This document shows positions 1 to 10,095 of a stretch of 59,943 nt of DNA, one piece after another. This stretch comes from Myxococcales bacterium (GTDB lineage: Bacteria > Myxococcota > UBA727 > JABDBI01): contig CANFCB010000003.1 of assembly GCA_947445025.1 (NCBI GenBank), forward strand, positions 1-59,943, read 5' to 3'. The notes beneath the pieces are model-generated. The model ran no database searches. It saw only the letters and a list, made by a program, of their open reading frames with translations, and had not been told where the DNA came from. Both the position numbers and the translations under genes were made by a program. Each line of letters begins with the position of its first letter. Position 1 is the first letter of the stretch.

Positions 1-2361
1 GCACATGTCGTCGACATTTGCCTGGCCAATCCTGATCGCGATGAAAAATCTGACATGGTGGATTTTCTAAAATACGCCACTAAAACTATCCGCGCTCCCT
101 TCATGATTGATTCTACCGATGCTGAAGTTTTAGAAGCAGCCCTGAAACGCATTCAAGGTAAATCCATCGTTAACTCGATTAACCTGGAAGATGGCGAAGA
201 GCGTTTTGAAAAAGTTTGCCCCCTGATTCGAAGATACGGTGCCGCTGTCGTGGTCGGCTGCATTGATGAAGATCCAGAACAAGGCATGGCGGTAAGCATT
301 GAGCGAAAATTAGCCGTCGCCAAGCGCAGTCACCAATTGCTCACGACCAAATATCAAATACCGACCCGGGACATTATCTTTGATCCTTTGGTTTTCCCCT
401 GCGGCACCGGTGACAAACAATATATTGGCTCAGCACGGCAAACCATTGAAGGTGTGCGACTGATTAAACAGCATTTACCAGAATGCTTTACCATTTTGGG
501 CATTTCCAATGTCAGTTTCGGTTTACCTGCTCAAGGACGTGAAGTTTTAAATACCGTTTTCTTGCATCAAAATTTTCAAGCTGGCCTCGATATGGCCATT
601 ATCAATTCAGAAAAACTGCAACGCATCACGCAAATACCTGAAGCAGAAATTCGCTTATGTGAAAATCTGATTGATGCGACTTTAGAGACTTTCGACGAGG
701 CGCTGGCTATGTTTGTCGCGCATTTTCGCAGCAAAAGCATAATCGCCGCACCTGCTTGCGATCGCAAAAGTACCCCAGTAGAAAAGCGTTTAGCCTTGGC
801 CATTGTCGAGGGATCTAAATCTGGTTTGCTGGAAGATTTAGAAGAAATGCGACAAAGCCTAGATCCGCTCGCTATTATCAACGGCCCCTTAATGGAAGGC
901 ATGAAAAAAGTTGGTGAACTTTTTGGTAATAACCAATTGATTGTTGCCGAAGTTTTGCAATCTGCCGAGGTCATGAAGGCCGCGGTCTCACACTTACAAA
1001 TTTACCTGGAAAAAGCAGAGAGCGCCCAAAAAGGCAAAATGATTTTGGCCACCGTCAAAGGGGACGTCCACGATATTGGTAAAAATTTAGTCGACATTAT
1101 TCTTTCCAATAACGGTTTTGAGATAATTAACCTCGGCATCAAAGTCCTGCCGCAAACTTTGATTGACGCCTTTAAAAAACATCAACCTGATTTAATCGGC
1201 TTAAGTGGCTTACTGGTAAAAAGTGCACAGGAAATGGTTATCACCGCCGAGGCCCTCAAGGAAGCTGGAATCCATGTGCCTTTGTTGGTCGGAGGAGCTG
1301 CTTTAAGTGAAAAATTTACTTACAATAAAATTGCCGCAAAATACGATGGTCTGGTTTGCTATGCCAAAGATGCCATGATGGGACTTGCGCTGGCAAATCA
1401 AGCCACCAACCCTGATGAGCAAAAACAGCTTCAAGATTTCATCGAAGATAAAAAACTTAAATTGCAGGCAGCACTTATATTGCCCACCGAAATATCTTTG
1501 GAAAACATCAACAACACGCAAGTGATTATTCAGCATGAAAATCCCAAACCTGCGCCGCCAGATGTGCAACTTAATGTTTTCAACACACTTTCTTTAGAAG
1601 AAATTTGGCCTTACATGAATCCCTCCATGCTTTACACCAGGCACTTGGGTTTAAAGGGACGCCTCGAAGATTTGCTTGCCAAAGAAGACAGTAAAGCGTT
1701 GTCACTTCACGCTGCTGTGCGCGATATGCAAGAAGAAGTTTTAAGCAAACGGCTTTTTAATTGCCGTGCCATTTATCAATTTATGCGTGCCGTCAGCGAT
1801 GGTAATTTGCTGATTCTGCTAGACGAAAAAGGACAAGAATGTACCCGCTTTGATTTCCCCCGACAAAAGGGCGGCGATAATCGCTGTCTCTCTGATTTGG
1901 TGGCCAGTAAGGTATCCAATATCCGTGATTATGTGGGAATTTTTGTCACAACCTGCCAAGGAAGCAAGGCACCTGTTAGAGAGTTAGCAGATGATTTTAA
2001 AAATAGCGGTGAGTATTTAAAAAGCCACATTCTCCATGCACTGGCCATTGAAACTGCCGAGGCTACAGCGGAATGGCTCCATCAAAAAATGCGTGCCATG
2101 TGGGGAATTGCCGATGCCGCAAATTTTCGCATGCGTGATCTTTTCTCGGCACGTTATCACGGCAGACGTTATAGTTTTGGTTATCCGGCCTGCCCTAACC
2201 TAGAAGACCAAGCTATCTTATGGGATTTGTTAAAACCGCAAGCACATATTGGAGTCGAGCTCACCGATGGTTTTATGATGGACCCAGAATCGAGCGTGAG
2301 CGCACTGGTATTCCATCACCCACAGGCCAGTTATTTCTCGACGCTGGCTAATTCCGATTAG
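1..2361 (+). CDS. metH: Cobalamin-dependent methionine synthase MetH, 5'-truncated by window edge (end of pterin-binding module, B12-binding module, AdoMet reactivation domain)
   Basis: ORF track 55..2361, but frame 1 is open from nt 1 (AHVVDICLANPDRDEKSD precedes the first Met). B12-binding signature GDVHDIGKN (DxHxxG), SGLL and GGA motifs, activation-domain motif RYSFGYPACP. Collinear with E. coli MetH as I remember it. Confidence 0.9.
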   Translation, partial: AHVVDICLANPDRDEKSDMVDFLKYATKTIRAPFMIDSTDAEVLEAALKRIQGKSIVNSINLEDGEERFEKVCPLIRRYGAAVVVGCIDEDPEQGMAVSIERKLAVAKRSHQLLTTKYQIPTRDIIFDPLVFPCGTGDKQYIGSARQTIEGVRLIKQHLPECFTILGISNVSFGLPAQGREVLNTVFLHQNFQAGLDMAIINSEKLQRITQIPEAEIRLCENLIDATLETFDEALAMFVAHFRSKSIIAAPACDRKSTPVEKRLALAIVEGSKSGLLEDLEEMRQSLDPLAIINGPLMEGMKKVGELFGNNQLIVAEVLQSAEVMKAAVSHLQIYLEKAESAQKGKMILATVKGDVHDIGKNLVDIILSNNGFEIINLGIKVLPQTLIDAFKKHQPDLIGLSGLLVKSAQEMVITAEALKEAGIHVPLLVGGAALSEKFTYNKIAAKYDGLVCYAKDAMMGLALANQATNPDEQKQLQDFIEDKKLKLQAALILPTEISLENINNTQVIIQHENPKPAPPDVQLNVFNTLSLEEIWPYMNPSMLYTRHLGLKGRLEDLLAKEDSKALSLHAAVRDMQEEVLSKRLFNCRAIYQFMRAVSDGNLLILLDEKGQECTRFDFPRQKGGDNRCLSDLVASKVSNIRDYVGIFVTTCQGSKAPVRELADDFKNSGEYLKSHILHALAIETAEATAEWLHQKMRAMWGIADAANFRMRDLFSARYHGRRYSFGYPACPNLEDQAILWDLLKPQAHIGVELTDGFMMDPESSVSALVFHHPQASYFSTLANSD

Positions 2362-2920
2362 ATAGTGGCTCGGTAATCTGTTTTTGTAAAGTCTCACGCA
2401 CGAGTTCGACTTGCTGTGCAGCTTTTTTCAAAAACAACATGCGCTCTGCAACACTTTGCCCAATTTTTTGTTGCTGGCCTAAATCTTGATTTCTTTTGGA
2501 AAGACTCAACATGGCATTTAATTTACTTGTCTCTTTGGCGATGGAAGCAGTCAAGGCAAAGGCATGATAAAGTGCTGTTAATTTTTCGGGATATTCTTTT
2601 AGTGCATCGTGTTTTATCTTTTTTTTTGCTGCGGCATTAATTATTTTCAGTTTTTTTGCAAATGGTTTTCTTGAGTCCTTATCCCCAATGTTTTCCCAAA
2701 TAGGCATTTGCGTTTCTTGGTGAATTTCTGTCAGAAAAGGAACTATTTTAGGATGAGCACCCTCGAGAACCGAAATCTTTTTTAATGCTTTCACTGACTG
2801 AGGAGGGAATACTTCGTTGTTAAAATCACTTAAGGTATCTAACTCATACTGTAGTTCAGCCTCTTGCTCCGGCGTTAACGGCTCGCTATCAATAAATTTT
2901 TGCTTTGTCGGCGCTTTCAT
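2348..2920 (-). CDS. Hypothetical Lys/Gln-rich protein (190 aa), weak paralogue of the neighbouring 226-aa ORF
   Basis: Long ORF with no catalytic motif I recognise. The C-terminal half shares the pattern I-x-KETS-x-L-x3-L-x-L-x3-N with ORF 2974..3654. Same strand as hslVU. Its 3' end overlaps the metH stop by 14 nt (convergent). Confidence 0.5.
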   Translation of the reverse strand: MKAPTKQKFIDSEPLTPEQEAELQYELDTLSDFNNEVFPPQSVKALKKISVLEGAHPKIVPFLTEIHQETQMPIWENIGDKDSRKPFAKKLKIINAAAKKKIKHDALKEYPEKLTALYHAFALTASIAKETSKLNAMLSLSKRNQDLGQQQKIGQSVAERMLFLKKAAQQVELVRETLQKQITEPLSNRN

Positions 2921-2973
2921 GGTCCCACTCCCAAATATTTTACCAAATATTTAAACCACATTGACAGCGATAT

Positions 2974-3654
2974 TTATTTTTTAGCATTCGACATACTTTC
3001 AATACGCTTAGCCAACTGCGCACTGGCCAGATCAACCTGTTTCTTTAGCGTCTCTAAAAGCGTCAATTGTTCTTTAAGAAGTAGGCTTGCTTCTGGATTT
3101 TTACCCTTCAATTTTAGCAGGTTTTTCAATACAGAAGTTTCTTTGGAAATATCACTGCTTAAAAGAGGATAATTAGACAACGCCTTCATTTTAGCCGGTA
3201 GCGTCTCTTTGGTCGCTTGCTGTTTTAAGACTGCAAGTTTATCACTCAATTTTTCATATTTTTTACTAAGCTTAGGCCCTGCTGCTTCCTTTTTAGCAGG
3301 TTTATCCGGATTCTTAGTTCGAGCTGGTGTTTTTTCAAGAGGCACAGGCTTATCTGTGAGCACCGCTCCCAGGCTTTCAGGCTCAGCCACCAATTTATTC
3401 TCTTCTTTTCGATTGCTGATTAAGTATTTCAGCTCTTTATGAGACGCCTCATTTTGCATGCGGCTACGACGATAAGAAGGAGTCATGCCCGCAAAAAAAA
3501 TTTTGAAAGCATTCCATGTTCCTTTATTTTTGCCATCATAAAGTGCTTGGCCTTGCTCGGCTAAAGCATCAAGATCTAGGTTAGTGATATCTTTACGCTT
3601 TGCCTGCTCACTCAAGAGTGCCAATGCCTCTTCGATTGGTAACTGTGCTGCCAT
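2974..3654 (-). CDS. Hypothetical Lys-rich, probably coiled-coil protein (226 aa)
   Basis: Long ORF 54 nt downstream of the hslU stop. Strong SD (AAGGGGGAG) 5 nt before the ATG. C-terminal similarity to ORF 2348..2920. Confidence 0.55.
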   Translation of the reverse strand: MAAQLPIEEALALLSEQAKRKDITNLDLDALAEQGQALYDGKNKGTWNAFKIFFAGMTPSYRRSRMQNEASHKELKYLISNRKEENKLVAEPESLGAVLTDKPVPLEKTPARTKNPDKPAKKEAAGPKLSKKYEKLSDKLAVLKQQATKETLPAKMKALSNYPLLSSDISKETSVLKNLLKLKGKNPEASLLLKEQLTLLETLKKQVDLASAQLAKRIESMSNAKK

Positions 3655-3708
3655 TGCTCTCCCCCTTAGGAATCGTACCTAGCAATCATACAACGGCAAG
3701 CATCTGAA

Positions 3709-5103
3709 CTACAAAATAAATTTACTTAAATCTTCATTCTGCAAAATAGGCGATAAGCGTTTACGGACCAGCTCGCCCGTTACTTCCACATGGGTACCCG
3801 ATTTATCGGACGCAGAAAAACTTTCTTCCTCAAGAAGTTTTTCCATCACCGTATAAAGACGTCTGGCACCAATATTTTCCTGGCTAGCATTGACTTCGGC
3901 AGCGACTTTGGCAATTTCTTTAATGCCATCGTCGGTAAAGTTAACTTCCACTTTTTCTGTCAACAAAAGTGCGGTGTACTGTTTAACCAAACTGTTTTCT
4001 GGTTCTTTTAAAATCCGCTCAAAATCTTTTTCCGTTAAAGGCTCTAATTCCACTCTAATTGGAAAGCGTCCTTGCAGTTCGGGAATTAAATCGCTGGGTT
4101 TTGAGATATGAAAGGCGCCGGCCGCGATAAATAAAACATGATCGGTACGCACAGTCCCGTATTTAGTGGCAACTGCGCTGCCTTCCACAATCGGTAAAAT
4201 ATCCCGTTGCACCCCTTCCCTACTCACATCAGGGCCGCTGCCCCCTTTTCGGCCTGCCACTTTGTCAATTTCATCGACAAAAATAATACCTGACTCCTCA
4301 GCCCGGCTAACGGCATCACGGTGGACTTGATCCATATCAATTAATTTTTGCGCTTCTTCGGCAGCTATCAATTCAAGAGCCTCGACAATTTTAACCTTAC
4401 GTTGTTTTTTCTTAGCCCCGCTCATGGCATTTTGCAAAGCATCTTGCAGATTGCTGGCCATGTCTTCCATACCGGGCTGGGCAAACATTTGCATCATGGG
4501 CGCAACCATCGCCTGCCTGACTTCAACAGTCACTTCTCGGTCATTAAATATACCGTCGCGCAATAAGTCACGCAGCTTTTCTCGGCTTTTATCTTCTACT
4601 TTGGGCTTGAATTCTTCCTCGGCTTTGCCCATATTGAAAGAATCAAAAGGTAAGCGCGAACCTTGATGACTGATCGGCGGCGGCATCAACAAATCCAATA
4701 CACGCTCTTCGGCAATCACCTGTGCTTTGGCGTTGACCATTTGCAGAGCTTCCTCTTTACACATTTTCACAGCGACTTCGACTAAGTCGCGCACCATGGA
4801 ATCTACGTCGCGACCCACATAACCGACTTCGGTAAACTTAGTTGCTTCCACTTTGACAAAAGGCGCATCTGCCAATTTTGCCAGACGTCTGGCTATTTCT
4901 GTTTTGCCACAACCGGTTGGGCCAATCAAAATAATATTTTTGGGAGAAATCTCTTCACGCAATTTGGGATCAACCTGTTGACGTCGCCAACGATTACGTA
5001 AAGCAATGGCCACTGCACGTTTGGCGGCATCCTGACCCACAATATATCTGTCTAATTCAGAAACTATTTCGCGCGGCGTAAATGAACGAATTTTCCCAAC
5101 CAT
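3709..5103 (-). CDS. hslU: ATP-dependent protease ATPase subunit HslU
   Basis: Walker A GPTGCGKTEIARRLA, Walker B IIFVDEIDKV, 464 aa. Lies 17 nt downstream of hslV. Confidence 0.95.
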   Translation of the reverse strand: MVGKIRSFTPREIVSELDRYIVGQDAAKRAVAIALRNRWRRQQVDPKLREEISPKNIILIGPTGCGKTEIARRLAKLADAPFVKVEATKFTEVGYVGRDVDSMVRDLVEVAVKMCKEEALQMVNAKAQVIAEERVLDLLMPPPISHQGSRLPFDSFNMGKAEEEFKPKVEDKSREKLRDLLRDGIFNDREVTVEVRQAMVAPMMQMFAQPGMEDMASNLQDALQNAMSGAKKKQRKVKIVEALELIAAEEAQKLIDMDQVHRDAVSRAEESGIIFVDEIDKVAGRKGGSGPDVSREGVQRDILPIVEGSAVATKYGTVRTDHVLFIAAGAFHISKPSDLIPELQGRFPIRVELEPLTEKDFERILKEPENSLVKQYTALLLTEKVEVNFTDDGIKEIAKVAAEVNASQENIGARRLYTVMEKLLEEESFSASDKSGTHVEVTGELVRKRLSPILQNEDLSKFIL

Positions 5104-5120
5104 TTTATATCCTCATTTAA

Positions 5121-5660
5121 TTATTTTGCGGTTTTTAGTTCTTCAAATACAAAATTACGATTGGTAAAAACACAAATTTCAGCAGCAATCTGCATGGACT
5201 TTTCCGCAATAGTTTTGGCATCTAAATCACTGTTTTCTAACAACGCTCTGGCCGCAGCCAAAGCATAGGCTCCACCAGAACCAATGGCGTGCACATCCAC
5301 ATCTGGCTCTAAAACATCGCCACTACCGGAAATCACCAAGGTACGGTCGGCATTAGCGACGAGCAGCAAAGCTTCTAATCGTCGCAAAACTTTATCAGAG
5401 CGCCAATCTTTGGCTAACTCCACCGCCGCACGCACAAATTGCCCGCCATGCTCTTTTAGCTTTTTCTCGAACATATCGAAAAGTAAAAAGGCATCGGCTG
5501 TACTGCCGGCAAAACCTGCAACAATCTGACCATCGTTCAAAATTCGTAATTTATTAGCATTGGCTTTTACAATGGTATTGCCCATGGATACTTGCCCATC
5601 CCCGGCTAAAACCACTCGGCCTTTTTTGCGTACCGCTAAGATTGTCGTTGCATGAAACAT
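5121..5660 (-). CDS. hslV: ATP-dependent protease proteolytic subunit HslV (CodW-like N-terminus MFHATT)
   Basis: N-terminal [25 protein letters not shown] motifs typical of HslV. GGAG SD 8 nt upstream of the ATG. Confidence 0.95.
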   Translation of the reverse strand: MFHATTILAVRKKGRVVLAGDGQVSMGNTIVKANANKLRILNDGQIVAGFAGSTADAFLLFDMFEKKLKEHGGQFVRAAVELAKDWRSDKVLRRLEALLLVANADRTLVISGSGDVLEPDVDVHAIGSGGAYALAAARALLENSDLDAKTIAEKSMQIAAEICVFTNRNFVFEELKTAK

Positions 5661-5747
5661 GATAAAGGCTCCACAATATTTATGCCGTTATCTTAACCAT
5701 GCATATAGTTACGACAAGCGTTATTTGCTTTGAGCAAGCAAGTGCCC

Positions 5748-7988
5748 CTAAATCATTAAACTCACGCCAAGATAAAAAGCGATGCCCTCTCGTGGCACTA
5801 ATCCTGGCAAATTATCTGGTCTAGCAACATCATCTTGAGTATGAAAATTAAAAAGATTAAAAACACTGCCGTGCAAAACAAAATAATTAAAGAAAGTGCG
5901 ACTACGAAATGAGGCATTAAAAATTGCGTACGGCGCAATCTGAAATGGACGCTGTTTTTCTAAATCACTGCGGCTATTGTTGCGTCTTTCTGAGCCAAGC
6001 TCTGTCACCAGGTAAAGCGATCCCAAACGCCCTAGCAACAAATTTACCCCGGTATTCACGCGTAATTCTGGCAGATTGGCAATCAAGTTACCTGGGAAAT
6101 TGGCATTTCCAGTGCCTTCTATTTCTTGCCAATAGGAGCGAAACCAAGCCATATTGAAAAACACATAGCTGCCACTTTGAAAATTTGCCCGCGCGATGGC
6201 TTCTGCTCCCAGCACACGATAACGACCATTATTGCTTAAATTATTTTGCTCGCCTTTCATGTCAATTTTTTCAATGGCATTATCAACTTGAGAAAGATGC
6301 CCGCCAGCTTCTAAAACGTATTCAATATTTTGAAACGTTTCGCTGTAAGTCAGATTAAGAGCACCAGACCTCGCATTTTCTGCTTTGAGTTGGCTATTTC
6401 CGAGAAATTGCCCAGGAGAAATCCCCGAAAATGTCTTCGGTGTCTGATCGTATAACTCTTTAAAGGTGGGCACACGAATGCCTTGTTGCAAAATAATTTT
6501 TATCATCCAGTTGCGCCCCGGAATAATGACCGCACCTAATTTAGGATTAAAGTGACTCCAGAAATCAAATTGAACGTCAGAAAATGAGAACAAGCGAAAG
6601 CCTGCAAATAATTGCAGCGACTTTTCAATTTGCCACTCATCCAAGGCCGTAATACTAAAGGTCATGCGACATGAACCGTACAAACTAGAGCTAAAACCAT
6701 ATAAGCTGCATGGCTGATTTTGCATAAATGGCAGTCCCAAAATGGGTGCTAACTTTTGTGCCTCTCCGTCTAAAGTGCGGTTCATGGCTATGGAAAATGA
6801 ATCTTTTAAAATTCCTGCCGATTCGACACGGGCACCCATGGTTAAAACATTATCTAAAGACAGGTGGATAATATTTTTAATTTCCGCGCCTAAAGTTAAT
6901 ACATTGTATTTCACATCAGAAAGTATTCCATCCTTAAAAAGATAATCAGACGGGGTCAATTGAGAAAAATTATCAATGACATTTTGGTTGGCATAAAATT
7001 GCATGGAAAAAATATTCGACTTGGCATAGGGCACATGCCAGCGCACATCCATATTCCACATTAGCCAGGATAATTTTGAATGGGGACTGACTACATCAAA
7101 GGCGCCAATATATGGACCACGCTGCTGCCAAAACAATTGGCCATGACTTAACAAATGCGTATCCATTTTTTTAGAAATGACCACATCGCTGCTAAATGTT
7201 GAGGAAAAAAGAAAGCGCTTGGCCTGGGTCACCATATCATCGGAATCTCGAACAATACCTTGACGGGAAAAACGATCGGCCAAAACCGCAAGCCTTGGCC
7301 CCTCTTCAGCTTCCATTTGCGCAGTCAAATAGTGTTGACCTCCAGCCAGCTTTCCACCCAGCACGACGCTGCCCGCATAGGTTGAAAATCCACCACCATA
7401 GACATGCGCAGACAGCCCATCTTGGCGACGGGAAGTCACCTTGATAACGCCACTAATTACGTCCATGCCAAATTCAGTTGAATCAGGTCCATAAATAATC
7501 TCGACAAGTTCAATTAAGTCTGCCGGAATTTGCCAAAAATTACGCCCGCTGTAGCTGTCTTGCGCACTGACATCGTCAATCACTAATTTCATGCGCGTAT
7601 CTTCTCTAAGCCCTCGGTAGCCTACTTTAAAATAGCCGTTGGCTTCCTTGGAAACATCTAAGCCAGGAACAACTTTTAAAATATCGAGTAAATCTCTGGC
7701 GCCACTTTCTTCGATCTGTTTTCTAGAAACACTATGAGAAATTCGAGTCGCCGAGTGACCTGCTTGAAACGAGTAATCCACTGTAGAAGAGTCGTCAGTT
7801 GCGGCATAAACTTCAATTTGCTCATAGATATCATTGTCGTTCATATCGGAATAGGCATCGCGCACTGGTTCTTGCTTCGCTGAGCGCGCGCGATGATAAA
7901 TCCCTTTTACTGACAATTCAGCTGCAGCTACAGATTGTGCCATCGTAAAATAGAAAATCATAACCAGCGCTAGACGAATAACCAACAA
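5748..7988 (-). CDS. TonB-dependent-receptor-like outer-membrane beta-barrel protein
   Basis: Signal peptide MLVIRLALVMIFYFTMAQSVAAA (TTG start, AGGGG SD 8 nt upstream). Plug-domain pattern (LLDILKVVPGLDV ... GYRGL ... VIDDV ... ELVEIIYGPDSTEFG ... GVIKVTS) followed by about 550 aa of barrel-like sequence. No clear TonB box, and the C-terminal residue is not aromatic. Confidence 0.7.
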   Translation of the reverse strand: MLVIRLALVMIFYFTMAQSVAAAELSVKGIYHRARSAKQEPVRDAYSDMNDNDIYEQIEVYAATDDSSTVDYSFQAGHSATRISHSVSRKQIEESGARDLLDILKVVPGLDVSKEANGYFKVGYRGLREDTRMKLVIDDVSAQDSYSGRNFWQIPADLIELVEIIYGPDSTEFGMDVISGVIKVTSRRQDGLSAHVYGGGFSTYAGSVVLGGKLAGGQHYLTAQMEAEEGPRLAVLADRFSRQGIVRDSDDMVTQAKRFLFSSTFSSDVVISKKMDTHLLSHGQLFWQQRGPYIGAFDVVSPHSKLSWLMWNMDVRWHVPYAKSNIFSMQFYANQNVIDNFSQLTPSDYLFKDGILSDVKYNVLTLGAEIKNIIHLSLDNVLTMGARVESAGILKDSFSIAMNRTLDGEAQKLAPILGLPFMQNQPCSLYGFSSSLYGSCRMTFSITALDEWQIEKSLQLFAGFRLFSFSDVQFDFWSHFNPKLGAVIIPGRNWMIKIILQQGIRVPTFKELYDQTPKTFSGISPGQFLGNSQLKAENARSGALNLTYSETFQNIEYVLEAGGHLSQVDNAIEKIDMKGEQNNLSNNGRYRVLGAEAIARANFQSGSYVFFNMAWFRSYWQEIEGTGNANFPGNLIANLPELRVNTGVNLLLGRLGSLYLVTELGSERRNNSRSDLEKQRPFQIAPYAIFNASFRSRTFFNYFVLHGSVFNLFNFHTQDDVARPDNLPGLVPREGIAFYLGVSLMI

Positions 7989-8037
7989 GAAGAAACCCCT
8001 TTTGCTTTTTTGCTATAAATATTGAACAAACCAAAAC

Positions 8038-9003
8038 ATGTTTTTATCTCCCGAACTTCATTTTGCTATTGAACAAGAAATAGCCAGCCTTAATTCAAGT
8101 CATCTTGTTCGTGCTTACGAAGAATTAAGCCAGCACTATCGGCAAAAAAGTTTTGAAAAAGTTTCTTTCAAACTATCGAAAGAACATTGCGTGGCTTATG
8201 CGGCGTCACGCATGCCTGCTACTTATGAAGTAGCTGTCCATATTTTCACAGAATTATTTAAGCAACGGCCGGAACTTGCTCTCGAAAGTGTACTTGATAT
8301 CGGCGCTGGGCCTGGGACTTGCGCTTTTGCGCTGTCTTCATTGCATACTTTCAAGAAAATAACCTTGCTGGAAAAAGAGTTCCAATTTTTAGAACTTGGA
8401 AAACGCTTGTTTCAGTCCTTGCCAGATCTTGCTTTTAAAAATGCAACGTGGCATTTAAGCGATGCCGCTAATATGCCAGAATTTCCAAAAAGCGATTTAA
8501 CTATCGCCTCCTATTCTTTGGGAGAAATGAATCCGGCGGTGCGGCAAAACGTTCTAGCCAAATGCTTAAAAGCAACGCAGAAAATCATGATTGTCATCGA
8601 GCCTGGCACACCGCAAGGTTACACAAACTTGATGACCATGCGCACGCAAATCATAAACCAAGGTTTCTTTATTTTAGCACCTTGTCCTCATCAAAATCCT
8701 TGCCCGATCAATGCACCTGATTGGTGCCATTTCTCGAAGCGATTACCCAGAGAACGTTTCCACCGTCTCATCAAAAATGTTGAACTGAACTACGAAGATG
8801 AAAAATACTGCTACCTAGTTGCTAGTCCAGATGAGCCTCCGCTGTCAACCTTGTCACGCATCATTAAAAAGCCCATGAAAAGACCAGGACATATTTATGT
8901 AGATTTGTGCACATCAGTTGGTTTAAAACGCGAGGTGGTTCCACGCAGTCGACAAGAAAAAATGCGGCAAGCAAAAAAAGCCAAATGGGGCGATTCCTGG
9001 TAG
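8038..9003 (+). CDS. Rsm22-family SAM-dependent methyltransferase
   Basis: SAM motif I LDIGAGPGT, plus a C-terminal Cys cluster CPHQNPCP...WCHF as I recall for bacterial Rsm22-like proteins. 321 aa. Confidence 0.65.
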   Translation: MFLSPELHFAIEQEIASLNSSHLVRAYEELSQHYRQKSFEKVSFKLSKEHCVAYAASRMPATYEVAVHIFTELFKQRPELALESVLDIGAGPGTCAFALSSLHTFKKITLLEKEFQFLELGKRLFQSLPDLAFKNATWHLSDAANMPEFPKSDLTIASYSLGEMNPAVRQNVLAKCLKATQKIMIVIEPGTPQGYTNLMTMRTQIINQGFFILAPCPHQNPCPINAPDWCHFSKRLPRERFHRLIKNVELNYEDEKYCYLVASPDEPPLSTLSRIIKKPMKRPGHIYVDLCTSVGLKREVVPRSRQEKMRQAKKAKWGDSW

Positions 9004-9023
9004 CACTTACTGTTCTTAAATTT

Positions 9024-9041
9024 AAAATCCCCCTACCCCCT
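9024..9041. repeat. G5/C5 palindromic element, partial copy (AAAATCCCCCTACCCCCT)
   Basis: Identical to one arm of the full copies at 12611, 59711 and 59845. Intergenic, between the methyltransferase stop and the next gene's SD. Confidence 0.7.
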
Positions 9042-9057
9042 ATGCTAGGAGTTTTCG

Positions 9058-9312
9058 GTGTCACACATCCCTGATATTTTTGGTATATTTGGCGTCATTA
9101 TCATCATTATTGCTTATTTTTTGCTCAGCATCGATCGCATGCAAGCGCATAGATGGCCTTATTCGCTGATTAATTTCGTAGGGGCCGTGCTCATCGTTTG
9201 GTCTTTGCTCGACGAATGGAATCTTTCGGCTTTTTTGATGGAAGCTTCTTGGGCGGTGATTAGCTTATTTGGGCTCGTCAAATCGCTTTGGTGTCGCAGG
9301 CTTACTGCCTGA
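9058..9312 (+). CDS. Small integral membrane protein (about 3 TM helices)
   Basis: GTG start with an AGGAG SD 6 nt upstream. 84 aa, dominated by three hydrophobic stretches. Confidence 0.5.
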   Translation: MSHIPDIFGIFGVIIIIIAYFLLSIDRMQAHRWPYSLINFVGAVLIVWSLLDEWNLSAFLMEASWAVISLFGLVKSLWCRRLTA

Positions 9313-10093
9313 AAAGTCTTTTTGCTTGAAAATTAACAGGGTGGGTTGATCGAAATGGATTGATATCAAGCCCGCCGCGACGGGTATAACGGGCGCAAAT
9401 CATTAAGCGCTGCGGCTTACAACGATTTAAAATATCCATAAACATGCGCTCGACGCATTGTTCGTGAAACTCGTTGTGATTGCGATAGGAAACAATATAT
9501 TGCAGCAAACTTTCATGTTGAATTTGCTGACCCTGATAAACAATCTCGACAGTCGCCCAGTCGGGCTGTCCGGTCACGGGGCAATTCGATTTTAATAAAT
9601 GCGAGTACAGTTTCTCTTCAACCAATGGCCTGCCCACACTTAAAAGACTTGCGTCGGGCTGATACACCGAACACGACACCTCTAAGTTGTCTAAACAAAC
9701 GCCTTCAGGAATGTCAATTTTAGCTTGTTGCATATCGCTGAGTATTTGCAAATTAACCTGAACCTCACCGCCAGCAGCCTTAGACAGATCTTGGACTAAA
9801 GTAGACGAAACCATTTCCAGCGAGTCAAAACATGTCCCATTGAATGAATTTAAGTAAAGCTTCAACGACTTCGATTCGATAATATTTGCAGACAAACAAG
9901 GGAATATGAACTCAGCGACGGCGACCACAGGCTTGCCCTTAGGCTCAAGCCAGGAAACTTCAAAAGCCCGCCAAACATCAACACCAAAAAAATCTCGATT
10001 GTTTTTGCGCGCAATGGAAAACAATAGCTCCGGTGCATACCGAGAAACGTAAGTCGCCTCTTTGCCTAAAGGAGACAGTGTTAATTCTGACAT
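9302..10093 (-). CDS. queF: NADPH-dependent 7-cyano-7-deazaguanine reductase, bimodular type
   Basis: QueF motif ESKSLKLYLNSF and catalytic-Cys segment CPVTGQPDWATV. 263 aa, the size of bimodular QueF. Confidence 0.85.
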   Translation of the reverse strand: MSELTLSPLGKEATYVSRYAPELLFSIARKNNRDFFGVDVWRAFEVSWLEPKGKPVVAVAEFIFPCLSANIIESKSLKLYLNSFNGTCFDSLEMVSSTLVQDLSKAAGGEVQVNLQILSDMQQAKIDIPEGVCLDNLEVSCSVYQPDASLLSVGRPLVEEKLYSHLLKSNCPVTGQPDWATVEIVYQGQQIQHESLLQYIVSYRNHNEFHEQCVERMFMDILNRCKPQRLMICARYTRRGGLDINPFRSTHPVNFQAKRLFRQ

Positions 10094-10095
10094 GC

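Noticed and set aside
3657-3672. TCCCCCTTAGGAATCG as an eighth, partial copy of the G5/C5 element.
   Set aside because: Only about 11 nt match. On the minus strand this stretch is simply the AAGGGGGAG Shine-Dalgarno of ORF 2974..3654, so the match is likely coincidental.
5661-5747. A sigma-32 heat-shock promoter or CIRCE element upstream of hslVU.
   Set aside because: I could not find a convincing CTTGAAA...CCCCATNT match or a CIRCE inverted repeat. There is only a weak TTGCTT-5 nt-AAGCAA hairpin.
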